A stretch of DNA of 64,000 nt from Eledone cirrhosa (taxonomy: Eukaryota). The notes under the pieces are model-generated. The model made no database searches. It worked only from the letters and a program-made list of their open reading frames with translations, and was not told the origin of the DNA. Of the stretch, positions 1 through 12,605 are shown piece by piece. How positions within the stretch are numbered: position 1 is the stretch's first letter; each line of letters starts with the position of its first letter. Both the position numbers and the translations under genes were made by a program. The stretch is from the NCBI GenBank assembly GCA_964016885.1, contig OZ024743.1, positions 354,640,001 to 354,704,000 of the forward strand. The letters are read 5' to 3'.

Positions 1-3000
1 GGTAATGGTGATGCTGATGAATGTCCTCATGCTGGTTGTTGTTGGTGGTAGAGATTGAGGTTTTTGAGACTCTGGTAATGGTGATGCTGATAAATGACCT
101 CATGCTGGTTGTTGTTGGTGGTAGAGATTGAGGTTTTTGTGATACTGGTAATGGTGATGCTGATGATTGTCCTCATGTTGGTTGTTGTTGGTGGTATAGA
201 TTGAGGTTTTTGTGATTCTGGTAATGGTGATGCTGATGATTGTACTGATGCTGGTTGTTGTTGGTGGTAGAGATTGAGGATTTGTGATTCTGGTAATGGT
301 GATGCTGATGATTGTCTTCATGCAGGTTGTTGTTGGTGGTAAAGATTGAGGTCTTTGTGATTCTGGTAATGGTGATGCTGATGATTCTCCTCATGCTGGT
401 TGTTGTTGGTGGTAGAAATTGAGGTTTTTGTGTTTCTGGTAATGGTGATGCTGATGATTGTCCTCATGCTGGTTGTTGTTGGTATTAGAGATTGAGGTTT
501 TTATGATTCTGGTAATGGTGATGCTGATGATTGTCCTCATGCTGGTTGTTGTTGGTGGTAGAGATTGAGGTTTTTGTGATTCTGGTAATGGTGATGCTGA
601 TGATCGTCCTCATGCTGGTTGTTGTTGGTGGTAGAGATTGAGGTTTTTGTGATTCTGGTAATGGTGATGCTGATGATTGTCCTCATGCTGGTTGTTGGTG
701 GTGATAGAGATTGAGGTTTTTGTGATTCTGGTAGTGGTGATGCTGATGATTGTCCTCATGCTGGTTGTTGTTGGTGGTAGAGATTGAGGTTTTTGTGATT
801 CTGGTAATGGTGATGCTGATGATTGTCCTCATGCTGGTTGTTGTTGGTGGTAGAGATTGAGGTTTTTGTGATTCTGGTAATGGTGATGCTGATGATTGTC
901 CTCATGCTGGTTGTTGTTGGTGGTAGAGATTGAGGATTTTGTGATTCTGGTAATGGTGATGCTGATGATTGTCCTCATGCTGGTTGTTGTTGGTGGTAGA
1001 GATTGAGGTTCTTGTGATTCTGGTAATGGTGATGCTGATGATTGTCCTCATGCTGGTTGTTGTTGGTGGTAGAGATTGAGGTTTTTGTGATTCTGGTAAT
1101 GGTGATGCTGATGATTGTCCTCATGCTGGTTGTTGTTGGTGGTAGAGATTGAGGTTTTTGTGATTCTGGTAATGGTGATGCTGATGATTGTCCTCATGCT
1201 GGTTGTTGTTGGTGGTAGAGATTGAGGATTTTGTGATTCTGGTAATGGTGATGCTGATGATTGTCCTCATGCTGGTTGTTGTTGGTGGTAGAGATTGAGG
1301 ATTTTGTGATTCTGGTAATGGTGATGCTGATGATTGTCCTCATGCTGGTTGTTATTGGTGGTAGAGATTGAGGTTTTTGTGATTCTGGTAATGGTGATGC
1401 TGATGATTGTCCTCATGCTGGTTGTTGTTGGTGGTAGAGATTGAGGTTTTTGTGATTCTGGTAATGGTGATGCTGATGATTGTCCTCATGCTGGTTGTTG
1501 TTGGTGGTAGAGATTGAGGTTTTTGTGATTCTGGTAATGGTGATGCTGATGATTGTCCTCATGCTGGTTGTTGTTGGTGGTAGAGATTGAGGATTTTGTG
1601 ATTCTGGTAATGGAGATGCTGATGATTGTCCTCATGCTGGTTGTTGTTGGTGGTAGAGATTGAGGTTTTTGTGAGTCTGGTAATGGTGATGCTGATGATT
1701 GTCCTCATGCTGGTTGTTGTTGGTGGTAGAGATTGAGGTTTTTGTGATTCTGGTAATGGTGATGCTGATGATTGTACTCATGCTGGTTGTTGTTGGTGGT
1801 AGAGATTGAGGTTTTTGTGATTCTGGTAATGGTGATGCTGATGATTGTCCTCATGCTGGTTGTTGTTGGTGGTAGAGATTGAGGTTTTTGTGATTCTGGT
1901 AATGGTGATGCTGATGATTGTCCTCATGCTGGTTGTTGTTGGTGGTCGAGATTGAGGTTTTTGTGATTCTGGTAATGGTGATGCTGATGATTGTCCTCAT
2001 GCTGGTTGTTGTTGGTGGTAGAGATTAAGGTCTTTGTGATACTGGTAATGGTGATGCTGATGATTGTCCTCATGCTGGTTGTTGTTGGTGGTAGAGATTG
2101 AGGTTTTTGTAATTCTGGTAATGGTGATGCTGATGATTGTCCTCATGCTGGTTGTTGTTGGTGGTAGAGATTGAGATTTTTGTGATTCTGGTAATGGTGA
2201 ATCTGATGATTGTCCTCAAGCTGGTTGTTGTTGGTGGTAGAGATTGAGGTTTTTGTAATTCTGGTAATGGTGATTCTGAAGATTGTGCTGATGCTGGTTG
2301 TTGTTGGTGGTAGAGATTGAGGTTTTTGTGATTCTGGTAATGGTGATGCTGATGATTGTCCTCATGCTGGTTGTTGTTGGTGGTAGAGATTGAGGTTTTT
2401 GTGATTCTGGTAATGGTGATGCTGATGATTGTCCTCATGCTGGTTGTTGTTGGTGGTAGAGATTGAGGTTTTTGTGATTCTGGTAATGGTGATGCTGATG
2501 ATTGTCCTCATGCTGGTTGTTGTCGGTGGTAGAGATTGAGGTTTTTGTGATTCTGGTAATGGTGATGCTGATGATTGTCCTCATGCTGGTTGTTGTTGGT
2601 GGTAGAGATTAAGGTCTTTGTGATTCTGGTAATGGTGATGCTGATGATTGTCCTCATGCTGGTTGTTGTTGGTGGTAGAGATTGAGGTTTTTGTGATACT
2701 GGTAATGGTGATGCTGATGATTGTCCTCATGCTGGTTGTTGTTGGTGGTAGAGATTGAGGTTTTTGTAATTCTGGTAATGGTGATGCTGATGATTGTCCT
2801 CATGCTGGTTGTTGTTGGTGGTAGAGATTGAGGTTTTTGTAATTCTGGTAATGGTGATGCTGATGATTGTCCTCATGCTGGTTGTTGTTGGTGGTAGAGA
2901 TTGAGGTTTTTGTGATTCTTGTAATGGTGATGCTGATGATTGTCCTCATGCTGGTTGTTGTTGGTGGTAGAGATTGAGGTTTTTTGTGGTTCTGGTAATG

Positions 3001-6000
3001 GTGATGCTGATGATTGTGCTTATGGTGGTTGTTGTTGGTGGTAGAGATTGAGGTTTTTTGTGGTTCTGGTAATGGTGATGCTGATGATTGTGCTCATGGT
3101 GGTTGTTGTTGGTGGTAGATATTGAGGTTTTTGTGATTCTGGTAATGGTGATTCTGATGATTGTCTTCATGCTGGTTGTTGTTGGTGGTAGAGATTGAGG
3201 TTTTTTGTGGTTCTGGTAATGGTGATGCTGATGATTGTCCTCATGCTGGTTGTTGTTGGTGGTAGAGATTGAGGTTTTTGTGATTCTGGTAATGGTGATG
3301 CTGATGATTGTCCTCATGCTGGTTGTTGCTGGTGGTAGGGATTGAGGTTTTTGTGATTCTGGTAATGGTGATGCTGATGAAAATCCTCATGCTGGTTGTT
3401 GTTGGTGGTAGAGATTGAGGTTTTTGTGATTCTGGTAATGGTGATGCTGATGAATGTCCTCATGCTGGTTGTTGTTGGTGGTAGAGATTGAGGTTTTTGT
3501 GACTCTGGTAAAGGTGATGCTGATGATTGTGCTTATGGTGGTTGTTGTTGGTGGTAGAGATTGAGGTTTTTTGTGGTTCTGGTAATGGTGATGCTGATGA
3601 TTGTCCTCATGCTGGTTGTTGTCGGTGGTAGAGATTGAGGTTTTTGTGATTCTGGTAATGGTGATGCTGATGATTGTCCTCATGCTGGTTGTTGTTGGTG
3701 GTAGAGATTAAGGTCTTTGTGATTCTGGTAATGGTGATGCTGATGATTGTCCTCATGCTGGTTGTTGTTGGTGGTAGAGATTGAGGTTTTTGTGATACTG
3801 GTAATGGTGATGCTGATGATTGTCCTCATGCTGGTTGTTGTTGGTGGTAGAGATTGAGGTTTTTGTAATTCTGGTAATGGTGATGCTGATGATTGTCCTC
3901 ATGCTGGTTGTTGTTGGTGGTAGAGATTGAGGTTTTTGTAATTCTGGTAATGGTGATGCTGATGATTGTCCTCATGCTGGTTGTTGTTGGTGGTAGAGAT
4001 TGAGGTTTTTGTGATTCTTGTAATGGTGATGCTGATGATTGTCCTCATGCTGGTTGTTGTTGGTGGTAGAGATTGAGGTTTTTTGTGGTTCTGGTAATGG
4101 TGATGCTGATGATTGTGCTTATGGTGGTTGTTGTTGGTGGTAGAGATTGAGGTTTTTTGTGGTTCTGGTAATGGTGATGCTGATGATTGTGCTCATGGTG
4201 GTTGTTGTTGGTGGTAGATATTGAGGTTTTTGTGATTCTGGTAATGGTGATTCTGATGATTGTCTTCATGCTGGTTGTTGTTGGTGGTAGAGATTGAGGT
4301 TTTTTGTGGTTCTGGTAATGGTGATGCTGATGATTGTCCTCATGCTGGTTGTTGTTGGTGGTAGAGATTGAGGTTTTTGTGATTCTGGTAATGGTGATGC
4401 TGATGATTGTCCTCATGCTGGTTGTTGCTGGTGGTAGGGATCGAGGTTTTTGTGATTCTGGTAATGGTGATGCTGATGAAAATCCTCATGCTGGTTGTTG
4501 TTGGTGGTAGAGATTGAGGTTTTTGTGATTCTGGTAATGGTGATGCTGATGAATGTCCTCATGCTGGTTGTTGTTGGTGGTAGAGATTGAGGTTTTTGTG
4601 ACTCTGGTAAAGGTGATGCTGATGATTGTGCTTATGGTGGTTGTTGTTGGTGGTAGAGATTGAGGTTTTTTGTGGTTCTGGTAATGGTGATGCTGATGAT
4701 TGTGCTCATGCTGGTTGTTGTTGGTGGTAGAGATTGAGGTTTTTGTGATTCTGGTAATGGTGATGCTGATGATTGTCCTCATGCTGGTTGTTGTTGGTGG
4801 TAGAGATTGAGGTTTTTGTGATTCTGGTAATGGTGATGCTGATGATTGTCTTCATGCTGGTTGTCATTGGTGGTAGAGATTGAGGTTTTTGTGATTCTGG
4901 TAATGGTGATGCTGATGAACGTCCTCATGCTGGTTGTTGTTGGTGGTAGAGATTGAGGTTTTTGTGATTCTGGTAATGGTGATGCTGATGAATGTCCTCA
5001 TGCTGGTTGTTGTTGGTGGTAGAGATTGAGGTTTTTGTGATTCTGGTAATGGTGATGCTGATGAATGTCCTCATGCTGGTTGTTGTTGGTGGTAGAGATT
5101 GAGGTTTTTGTGACTCTGGTAATGGTGATGCTGATGATTGTCTTCATGCTGGTTGTCATTGGTGGTAGAGATTGAGGTTTTTGTGATTCTGGTAATGGTG
5201 ATGCTGATGAATGTCCTCATGCTGGTTGTTGTTGGTGGTAGAGATTGAGGTTTTTGAGACTCTGGTAATGGTGATGCTGATGAATGACCTCATGCTGGTT
5301 GTTGTTGGTGGTAGAGATTGAGGTTTTTGTGATACTGGTAATGGTGATGCTGATGATTGTCCTCATGTTGGTTGTTGTTGGTGGTATAGATTGAGGTTTT
5401 TGTGATTCTGGTAATGGTGATGCTGATGATTGTACTGATGCTGGTTGTTGTTGGTGGTAGAGATTGAGGATTTGTGATTCTGGTAATGGTGATGCTGATG
5501 ACTGTCTTCATGCAGGTTGTTGTTGGTGGTAGAGATTGAGGTCTTTGTGATTCTGGTAATCGTGATGCTGATGATTCTCCTCATGCTGGTTGTTGTTGGT
5601 GGTAGAAATTGAGGTTTTTGTGTTTCTGGTAATGGTGATGCTGATGATTGTCCTCATGCTGGTTGTTGTTGGTGGTAGAGATTGAGGTTTTTATGATTCT
5701 GGTAATGGTGATGCTGATGATTGTCCTCATGCTGGTTGTTGTTGGTGGTAGAGATTGAGGTTTTTGTGATTCTGGTAATGGTGATGCTGATGATCGTCCT
5801 CATGCTGGTTGTTGTTGGTGGTAGAGATTGAGGATTTTGTGATTCTGGTAATGGTGATGCTGATGATTGTCCTCATGCTGGTTGTTGGTGGTGATAGAGA
5901 TTGAGGTTTTTGTGATTCTGGTAGTGGTGATGCTGATGATTGTCCTCATGCTGGTTGTTGTTGGTGGTAGAGATTGAAGTTTTTGTGATTCTGGTAATGG

Positions 6001-8214
6001 TGATGCTGATGATTGTCCTCATGCTGGTTGTTGTTGGTGGTAGAGATTGAGGTTTTTGTGATTCTGGTAATGGTGATGCTGATGATTGTCCTCATGCTGG
6101 TTGTTGTTGGTGGTAGAGATTGAGGATTTTGTGATTCTGGTAATGGTGATGCTGATGATTGTCCTCATGCTGGTTGTTGTTGGTGGTAGACATTGAGGTT
6201 CTTGTGATTCTGGTAATGGTGATGCTGATGATTGTCCTCATGCTGGTTGTTGTTGGTGGTAGAGATTGAGGTTTTTGTGAATCTGGTAATGGTGATGCTG
6301 ATGATTGTCCTCATGCTGGTTGTTGTTGGTGGTAGAGATTGAGGTTTTTAAATTCTGGTAATGGTGATGCTGATGATTGTCCTCATGCTGGTTGTTGTTG
6401 GTGGTAGAGATTGAGGATTTTGTGATTCTGGTAATGGTGATGCTGATGATTGTCCTCATGCTGGTTGTTATTGGTGGTAGAGATTGAGGTTTTTGTGATT
6501 CTGGTAATGGTGATGCTGATGATTGTCCTCATGCTGGTTGTTGTTGGTGGTAGAGATTGAGGTTTTTGTGATTCTGGTAATGGTGATGCTGATGATTGTC
6601 CTCATGCTGGTTGTTGTTGGTGGTAGAGATTGAGGTTTTTGTGATTCTGGTAATGGTGATGCTGATGATTGTCCTCATGCTGGTTGTTGTTGGTGGTAGA
6701 GATTGAGGATTTTGTGATTCTGGTAATGGAGATGCTGATGATTGTCCTCATGCTGGTTGTTGTTGGTGGTAGAGATTGAGGTTTTTGTGATTCTGGTAAT
6801 GGTGATGCTGATGATTGTCCTCATGCTGGTTGTTGTTGGTGGTAGAGATTGAGGTTTTTGTGATTCTGGTAATGGTGATGCTGATGATTGTACTCATGCT
6901 GGTTGTTGTTGGTGGTAGAGATTGAGGTTTTTGTGATTCTGGTAATGGTGATGCTGATGATTGTCCTCATGCTGGTTGTTGTTGGTGGTAGAGATTGAGG
7001 TTTTTGTAATTCTGGTAATGGTGATGCTGATGATTGTCCTCATGCTGGTTGTTGTTGGTGGTAGAGATTGAGATTTTTGTGATTCTGGTAATGGTGAATC
7101 TGATGATTGTCCTCAAGCTGGTTGTTGTTGGTGGTAGAGATTGAGGTTTTTGTAATTCTGGTAATGGTGATTCTGAAGATTGTGCTGATGCTGGTTGTTG
7201 TTGGTGGTAGAGATTGAGGTTTTTGTGATTCTGGTAATGGTGATGCTGATGATTGTCCTCATGCTGGTTGTTGTTGGTGGTAGAGATTGAGGTTTTTGTG
7301 ATTCTGGTAATGGTGATGCTGATGATTGTCCTCATGCTGGTTGTTGTTGGTGGTAGAGATTGAGGTTTTTGTGATTCTGGTAATGGTGATGCTGATGATT
7401 GTCCTCATGCTGGTTGTTGTTGGTGGTAGAGATTGAGGTTTTTGTGATTCTGGTAATGGTGATGCTGATGATTGTCCTCATGCTGGTTGTTGTTGGTGGT
7501 AGAGATTAAGGTCTTTGTGATTCTGGTAATGGTGATGCTGATGATTGTCCTCATGCTGGTTGTTGTTGGTGGTAGAGATTGAGGTTTTTGTGATACTGGT
7601 AATGGTGATGCTGATGATTGTCCTCATGCTGGTTGTTGTTGGTGGTAGAGATTGAGGTTTTTGTAATTCTGGTAATGGTGATGCTGATGATTGTCCTCAT
7701 GCTGGTTGTTGTTGGTGGTAGAGATTGAGGTTTTTGTAATTCTGGTAATGGTGATGCTGATGATTGTCCTCATGCTGGTTGTTGTTGGTGGTAGAGATTG
7801 AGGTTTTTGTGATTCTTGTAATGGTGATGCTGATGATTGTCCTCATGCTGGTTGTTGTTGGTGGTAGAGATTGAGGTTTTTTGTGGTTCTGGTAATGGTG
7901 ATGCTGATGATTGTGCTTATGGTGGTTGTTGTTGGTGGTAGAGATTGAGGTTTTTTGTGGTTCTGGTAATGGGGATGCTGATGATTGTGCTCATGGTGGT
8001 TGTTGTTGGTGGTAGAGATTGAGGTTTTTGTGATTCTGGTAATGGTGATTCTGATGATTGTCTTCATGCTGGTTGTTGTTGGTGGTAGAGATTGAGGTTT
8101 TTTGTGGTTCTGGTAATGGTGATGCTGATGATTGTCCTCATGCTGGTTGTTGTTGGTGGTAGAGATTGAGGTTTTTGTGATTCTGGTAATGGTGATGCTG
8201 ATGATTGTCCTCAT
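1..8214 (+). repeat. Higher-order duplication: about 1-3320 repeated at about 5191-8214 (offset 5190, then 4897 after loss of about 4 monomers)
   Basis: The same rare variants occur in the same order: GAGACTCT (66/5256), AATGACCT (93/5283), GATCGT (602/5792), TGGAGATG (about 1611/6727). ORF pairs are 100/5290, 2070/6967 and 2946/7843. Several substitutions separate the copies. Confidence 0.85.
2501..4698 (+). repeat. Tandem duplication of a 15-monomer unit (1099 bp x2)
   Basis: Private variants at offset 1099: GTCGG (2522/3621), TAGATATT (3116/4215), GAAAATCCT (3379/4478), GGTAAAGG. ORF pairs are 2946/4045 and 3387/4486. Confidence 0.92.
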
Positions 8215-8789
8215 GCTGGTTGTTGTTGGTGGTAGAGATTAAGGTCTTTGTGATTCTGGTAATGGTGATGCTGATGATTGTCCTCATGCTGGTTGTTGTT
8301 GGTGGTAGAGATTGAGGTTTTTGTGATACTGGTAATGGTGATGCTGATGATTGTCCTCATGCTGGTTGTTGTTGGTGGTAGAGATTGAGGTTTTTGTAAT
8401 TCTGGTAATGGTGATGCTGATGATTGTCCTCATGCTGGTTGTTGTTGGTGGTAGAGATTGAGATTTTTGTGATTCTGGTAATGGTGAATCTGATGATTGT
8501 CCTCAAGCTGGCTGTTGTTGGTGGTAGAGATTGAGGTTTTTGTAATTCTGGTAATGGTGATTCTGAAGATTGTGCTGATGCTGGTTGTTGTTGGTGGTAG
8601 AGATTGAGGTTTTTGTGATTCTGGTAATGGTGATGCTGATGATTGTCCTCATGCTGGTTGTTGTTGGTGGTAGAGATTGAGGTTTTTGTGATTCTGGTAA
8701 TGGTGATGCTGATGATTGTCCTCATGCTGGTTGTTGTTGGTGGTAGAGATTGAGGTTTTTGTGATTCTGGTAATGGTGATGCTGATGAT

Positions 8790-11700
8790 TGTCCTCATGC
8801 TGGTTGTTGGTGGTGATAGAGATTGAGGTTTTTGTGATTCTGGTAATGGTGATGCTGATGATTGTCCTCATGCTGGTTGTTGTTGGTGGAGGAGATTTAG
8901 GTTTTTATGATTCTGGTAATGGTGATGCTGATGATTGTCCTCATGCTGGTTGTTGTTGGTGGTAGAGATTGAGGTTTTTGTGATTCTGGTAATGGTGATG
9001 CTGAAGATTGTGCTGATGCTGGTTGTTGTTGGTGGTAGAGATTGAGGTTTTTGTGATTCTGGTAATGGTGATGCTGATGATTGTCCTCATGCTGGTTGTT
9101 GTTGGTGGTAGAGATTGAGGTTTTTGTGATTCTGGTAATGGTGATGCTGATGATTGTCCTCATGCTGGTTGTTGTTGGTGGTAGAGATTGAGGTTTTTGT
9201 GATTCTGGTAATGGTGATGCTGATGATTGTCCTCATGCTGGTTGTTGTTGGTGGTAGAGATTGAGGTTTTTGTGATTCTGGTAATGGTGATGCTGATGAT
9301 TGTCCTCATGCTGGTTGTTGTTGGTGGTAGAGATTAAGGTCTTTGTGATTCTGGTAATGGTGATGCTGATGATTGTCCTCATGCTGGTTGTTGTTGGTGG
9401 TAGAGATTGAGGTTTTTGTGATACTGGTAATGGTGATGCTGATGATTGTCCTCATGCTGGTTGTTGTTGGTGGTAGAGATTGAGGTTTTTGTAATTCTGG
9501 TAATGGTGATGCTGATGATTGTCCTCATGCTGGTTGTTGTTGGTGGTAGAGATTGAGATTTTTGTGATTCTGGTAATGGTGAATCTGAGGATTGTCCTCA
9601 AGCTGGTTGTTGTTGGTGGTAGAGATTGAGGTTTTTGTAATTCTGGTAATGGTGATGCTGATGATTGTCCTCATGCTGGTTGTTGTTGGTGGTAGAGATT
9701 GAGGTTTTTGTAATTCTGGTAATGGTGATGCTGATGATTGTCCTCATGCTGGTTGTTGTTGGTGGTAGAGATTGAGGTTTTTGTGATTCTTGTAATGGTG
9801 ATGCTGATGATTGTCCTCATGCTGGTTGTTGTTGGTGGTAGAGATTGAGGTATTTTATGGCTCTGGTAATGGTGATGCTGATGATTGTGCTTATGGTGGT
9901 TGTTGTTGGTGGTAGAGATTGAGGTTTTTTGTGGTTCTGGTAATGGTGATGCTGATGATTGTGCTCATGGTGGTTGTTGTTGGTGGTAGAGATTGAGGTT
10001 TTTTGTGGTTCTGGTAATGGTGATGCTGATGATTGTGCTCATGGTGGTTGTTGTTGGTGGTAGAGATTGAGGTTTTTGTGATTCTGGTAATGGTGATTCT
10101 GATGATTGTCTTCATGCTGGTTGTTGTTGGTGGTAGAGATTGAGGTTTTTTGTGGTTCAGGTAATGGTGATGCTGATGATTGTCCTCATGCTGGTTGTTG
10201 TTGGTGGTAGAGATTGAGGTTTTTGTGATTCTGGTAATGGTGATGCTGATGATTGTCCTCATGCTGGTTGTTGCTGGTGGTAGGATTGAGGTTTTTGTGA
10301 TTCTGGTAATGGTGATGGTGATGATTGTCCTCATGCTGGTTGTTGTTGGTGGTAGAGATTGAGGTTTTTGTGATTCTGGTAATGGTGATGCTGATGATTG
10401 TCCTCATGCTGGTTGTTGTTGGTGGTAGAGATTGAGGTTTTTGTGATTCTGGTAATGGTGATGCTGATGATTGTCCTCATGCTGGTTGTTGTTGGTGGTA
10501 GAGATTGAGGTTTTTATGATTCTGGTAATGGTGATGCGGATGATTGTCCTCATGCTGGTTGTTGTTGGTGGTAGAGATTGAGGTTTTTGTGATTCTGGTA
10601 ATGGTGATGCTGATGATTGTCCTCATGCTGGTTGTTGTTGGTGGTAGAGATTTAGGTTTTTATGATTCTGGTAATGGTGATGCTGATGATTGTCCTCATG
10701 CTGGTTGTTGTTGGTGGTAGAGATTGAGGTTTTTGTGATTCTGGTAATGGTGATGCTGATGATTGTCCTCATGCTGGTTGTTGTTGGTGGTAGAGATTGA
10801 GGTTTTTGTGATTCTGGTAATGGTGATGCTGATGATTGTCCTCATGCTGGTTGTTGTTGGTGGTAGAGATTAAGGTCTTTGTGATTCTGGTAATGGTGAT
10901 GCTGATGATTGTCCTCATGCTGGTTGTTGTTGGTGGTAGAGATTGAGGTTTTTGTGATACTGGTAATGGTGATGCTGATGATTATCCTCATGCTGGTTGT
11001 TGTTGGTGGTAGAGATTGAGGTTTTTGTAATTCTGGTAATGGTGATGCTGATGATTGTCCTCATGCTGGTTGTTGTTGGTGGTAGAGATTGAGATTTTTG
11101 TGATTCTGGTAATGGTGAATCTGATGATTGTCCTCAAGCTGGTTGTTGTTGGTGGTAGAGATTGAGGTTTTTGTAATTCTGGTAATGGTGATGCTGATGA
11201 TTGTCCTCATTCTGGTTGTTGTTGGTGGTAGAGATTGAGGTTTTTGTAATTCTGGTAATGGTGATGCTGATGATTGTCCTCATGCTGGTTGTTGTTGGTG
11301 GTAGAGATTGAGGTTTTTGTGATTCTTGTAATGGTGATGCTGATGATTGTCCTCATGCTGGTTGTTGTTGGTGGTAGAGATTGAGGTTTTTTGTGGTTCT
11401 GGTAATGGTGATGCTGATGATTGTCCTCATGCTGGTTGTTGTTGGTGGTAGAGATTGAGGTTTTTGTGATTCTGGTAATGGTGATGCTGATGATTGTCCT
11501 CATGCTGGTTGTTGGTGGTGATAGAGATTGAGGTTTTTGTGATTCTGGTAATGGTGATGCTGATGATTGTCCTCATGCTGGTTGTTGTTGGTGGAGGAGA
11601 TTTAGGTTTTTATGATTCTGGTAATGGTGATGCTGATGATTGTCCTCATGCTGGTTGTTGTTGGTGGTAGAGATTGAGGTTTTTGTGATTCTGGTAATGG

Positions 11701-12605
11701 TGATGCTGAAGATTGTGCTGATGCTGGTTGTTGTTGGTGGTAGAGATTGAGGTTTTTGTGATTCTGGTAATGGTGATGCTGATGATTGTCCTCATGCTGG
11801 TTGTTGTTGGTGGTAGAGATTGAGGTTTTTGTGATTCTGGTAATGGTGATGCTGATGATTGTCCTCATGCTGGTTGTTGTTGGTGGTAGAGATTGAGGTT
11901 TTTGTGATTCTGGTAATGGTGATGCTGATGATTGTCCTCATGCTGGTTGTTGTTGGTGGTAGAGATTGAGGTTTTTGTGATTCTGGTAATGGTGATGCTG
12001 ATGATTGTCCTCATGCTGGTTGTTGTTGGTGGTAGAGATTAAGGTCTTTGTGATTCTGGTAATGGTGATGCTGATGATTGTCCTCATGCTGGTTGTTGTT
12101 GGTGGTAGAGATTGAGGTTTTTGTGATACTGGTAATGGTGATGCTGATGATTGTCCTCATGCTGGTTGTTGTTGGTGGTAGAGATTGAGGTTTTTGTAAT
12201 TCTGGTAATGGTGATGCTGATGATTGTCCTCATGCTGGTTGTTGTTGGTGGTAGAGATTGAGATTTTTGTGATTCTGGTAATGGTGAATCTGATGATTGT
12301 CCTCAAGCTGGTTGTTGTTGGTGGTAGAGATTGAGGTTTTTGTAATTCTGGTAATGGTGATGCTGATGATTGTCCTCATGCTGGTTGTTGTTGGTGGTAG
12401 AGATTGAGGTTTTTGTAATTCTGGTAATGGTGATGCTGATGATTGTCCTCATGCTGGTTGTTGTTGGTGGTAGAGATTGAGGTTTTTGTGATTCTTGTAA
12501 TGGTGATGCTGATGATTGTCCTCATGCTGGTTGTTGTTGGTGGTAGAGATTGAGGTATTTTATGGCTCTGGTAATGGTGATGCTGATGATTGTGCTTATG
12601 GTGGT
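8790..12605 (+). repeat. Duplicated block: about 8790-9900 repeated at about 11495-12605 (offset 2705 = 37 monomers)
   Basis: Shared GGTGATAG (GATA at 8815/11520), GGAGGAGATTTAGG and GGTATTTTATGGCTCT (about 9850/12555). ORF pair 8897/11602. Confidence 0.87.

Noticed and set aside
59-66. GGTTTTTG T-tract as an intrinsic or Pol III terminator
   Set aside because: No preceding hairpin and no recognisable A/B-box or upstream gene; it is simply part of each monomer.
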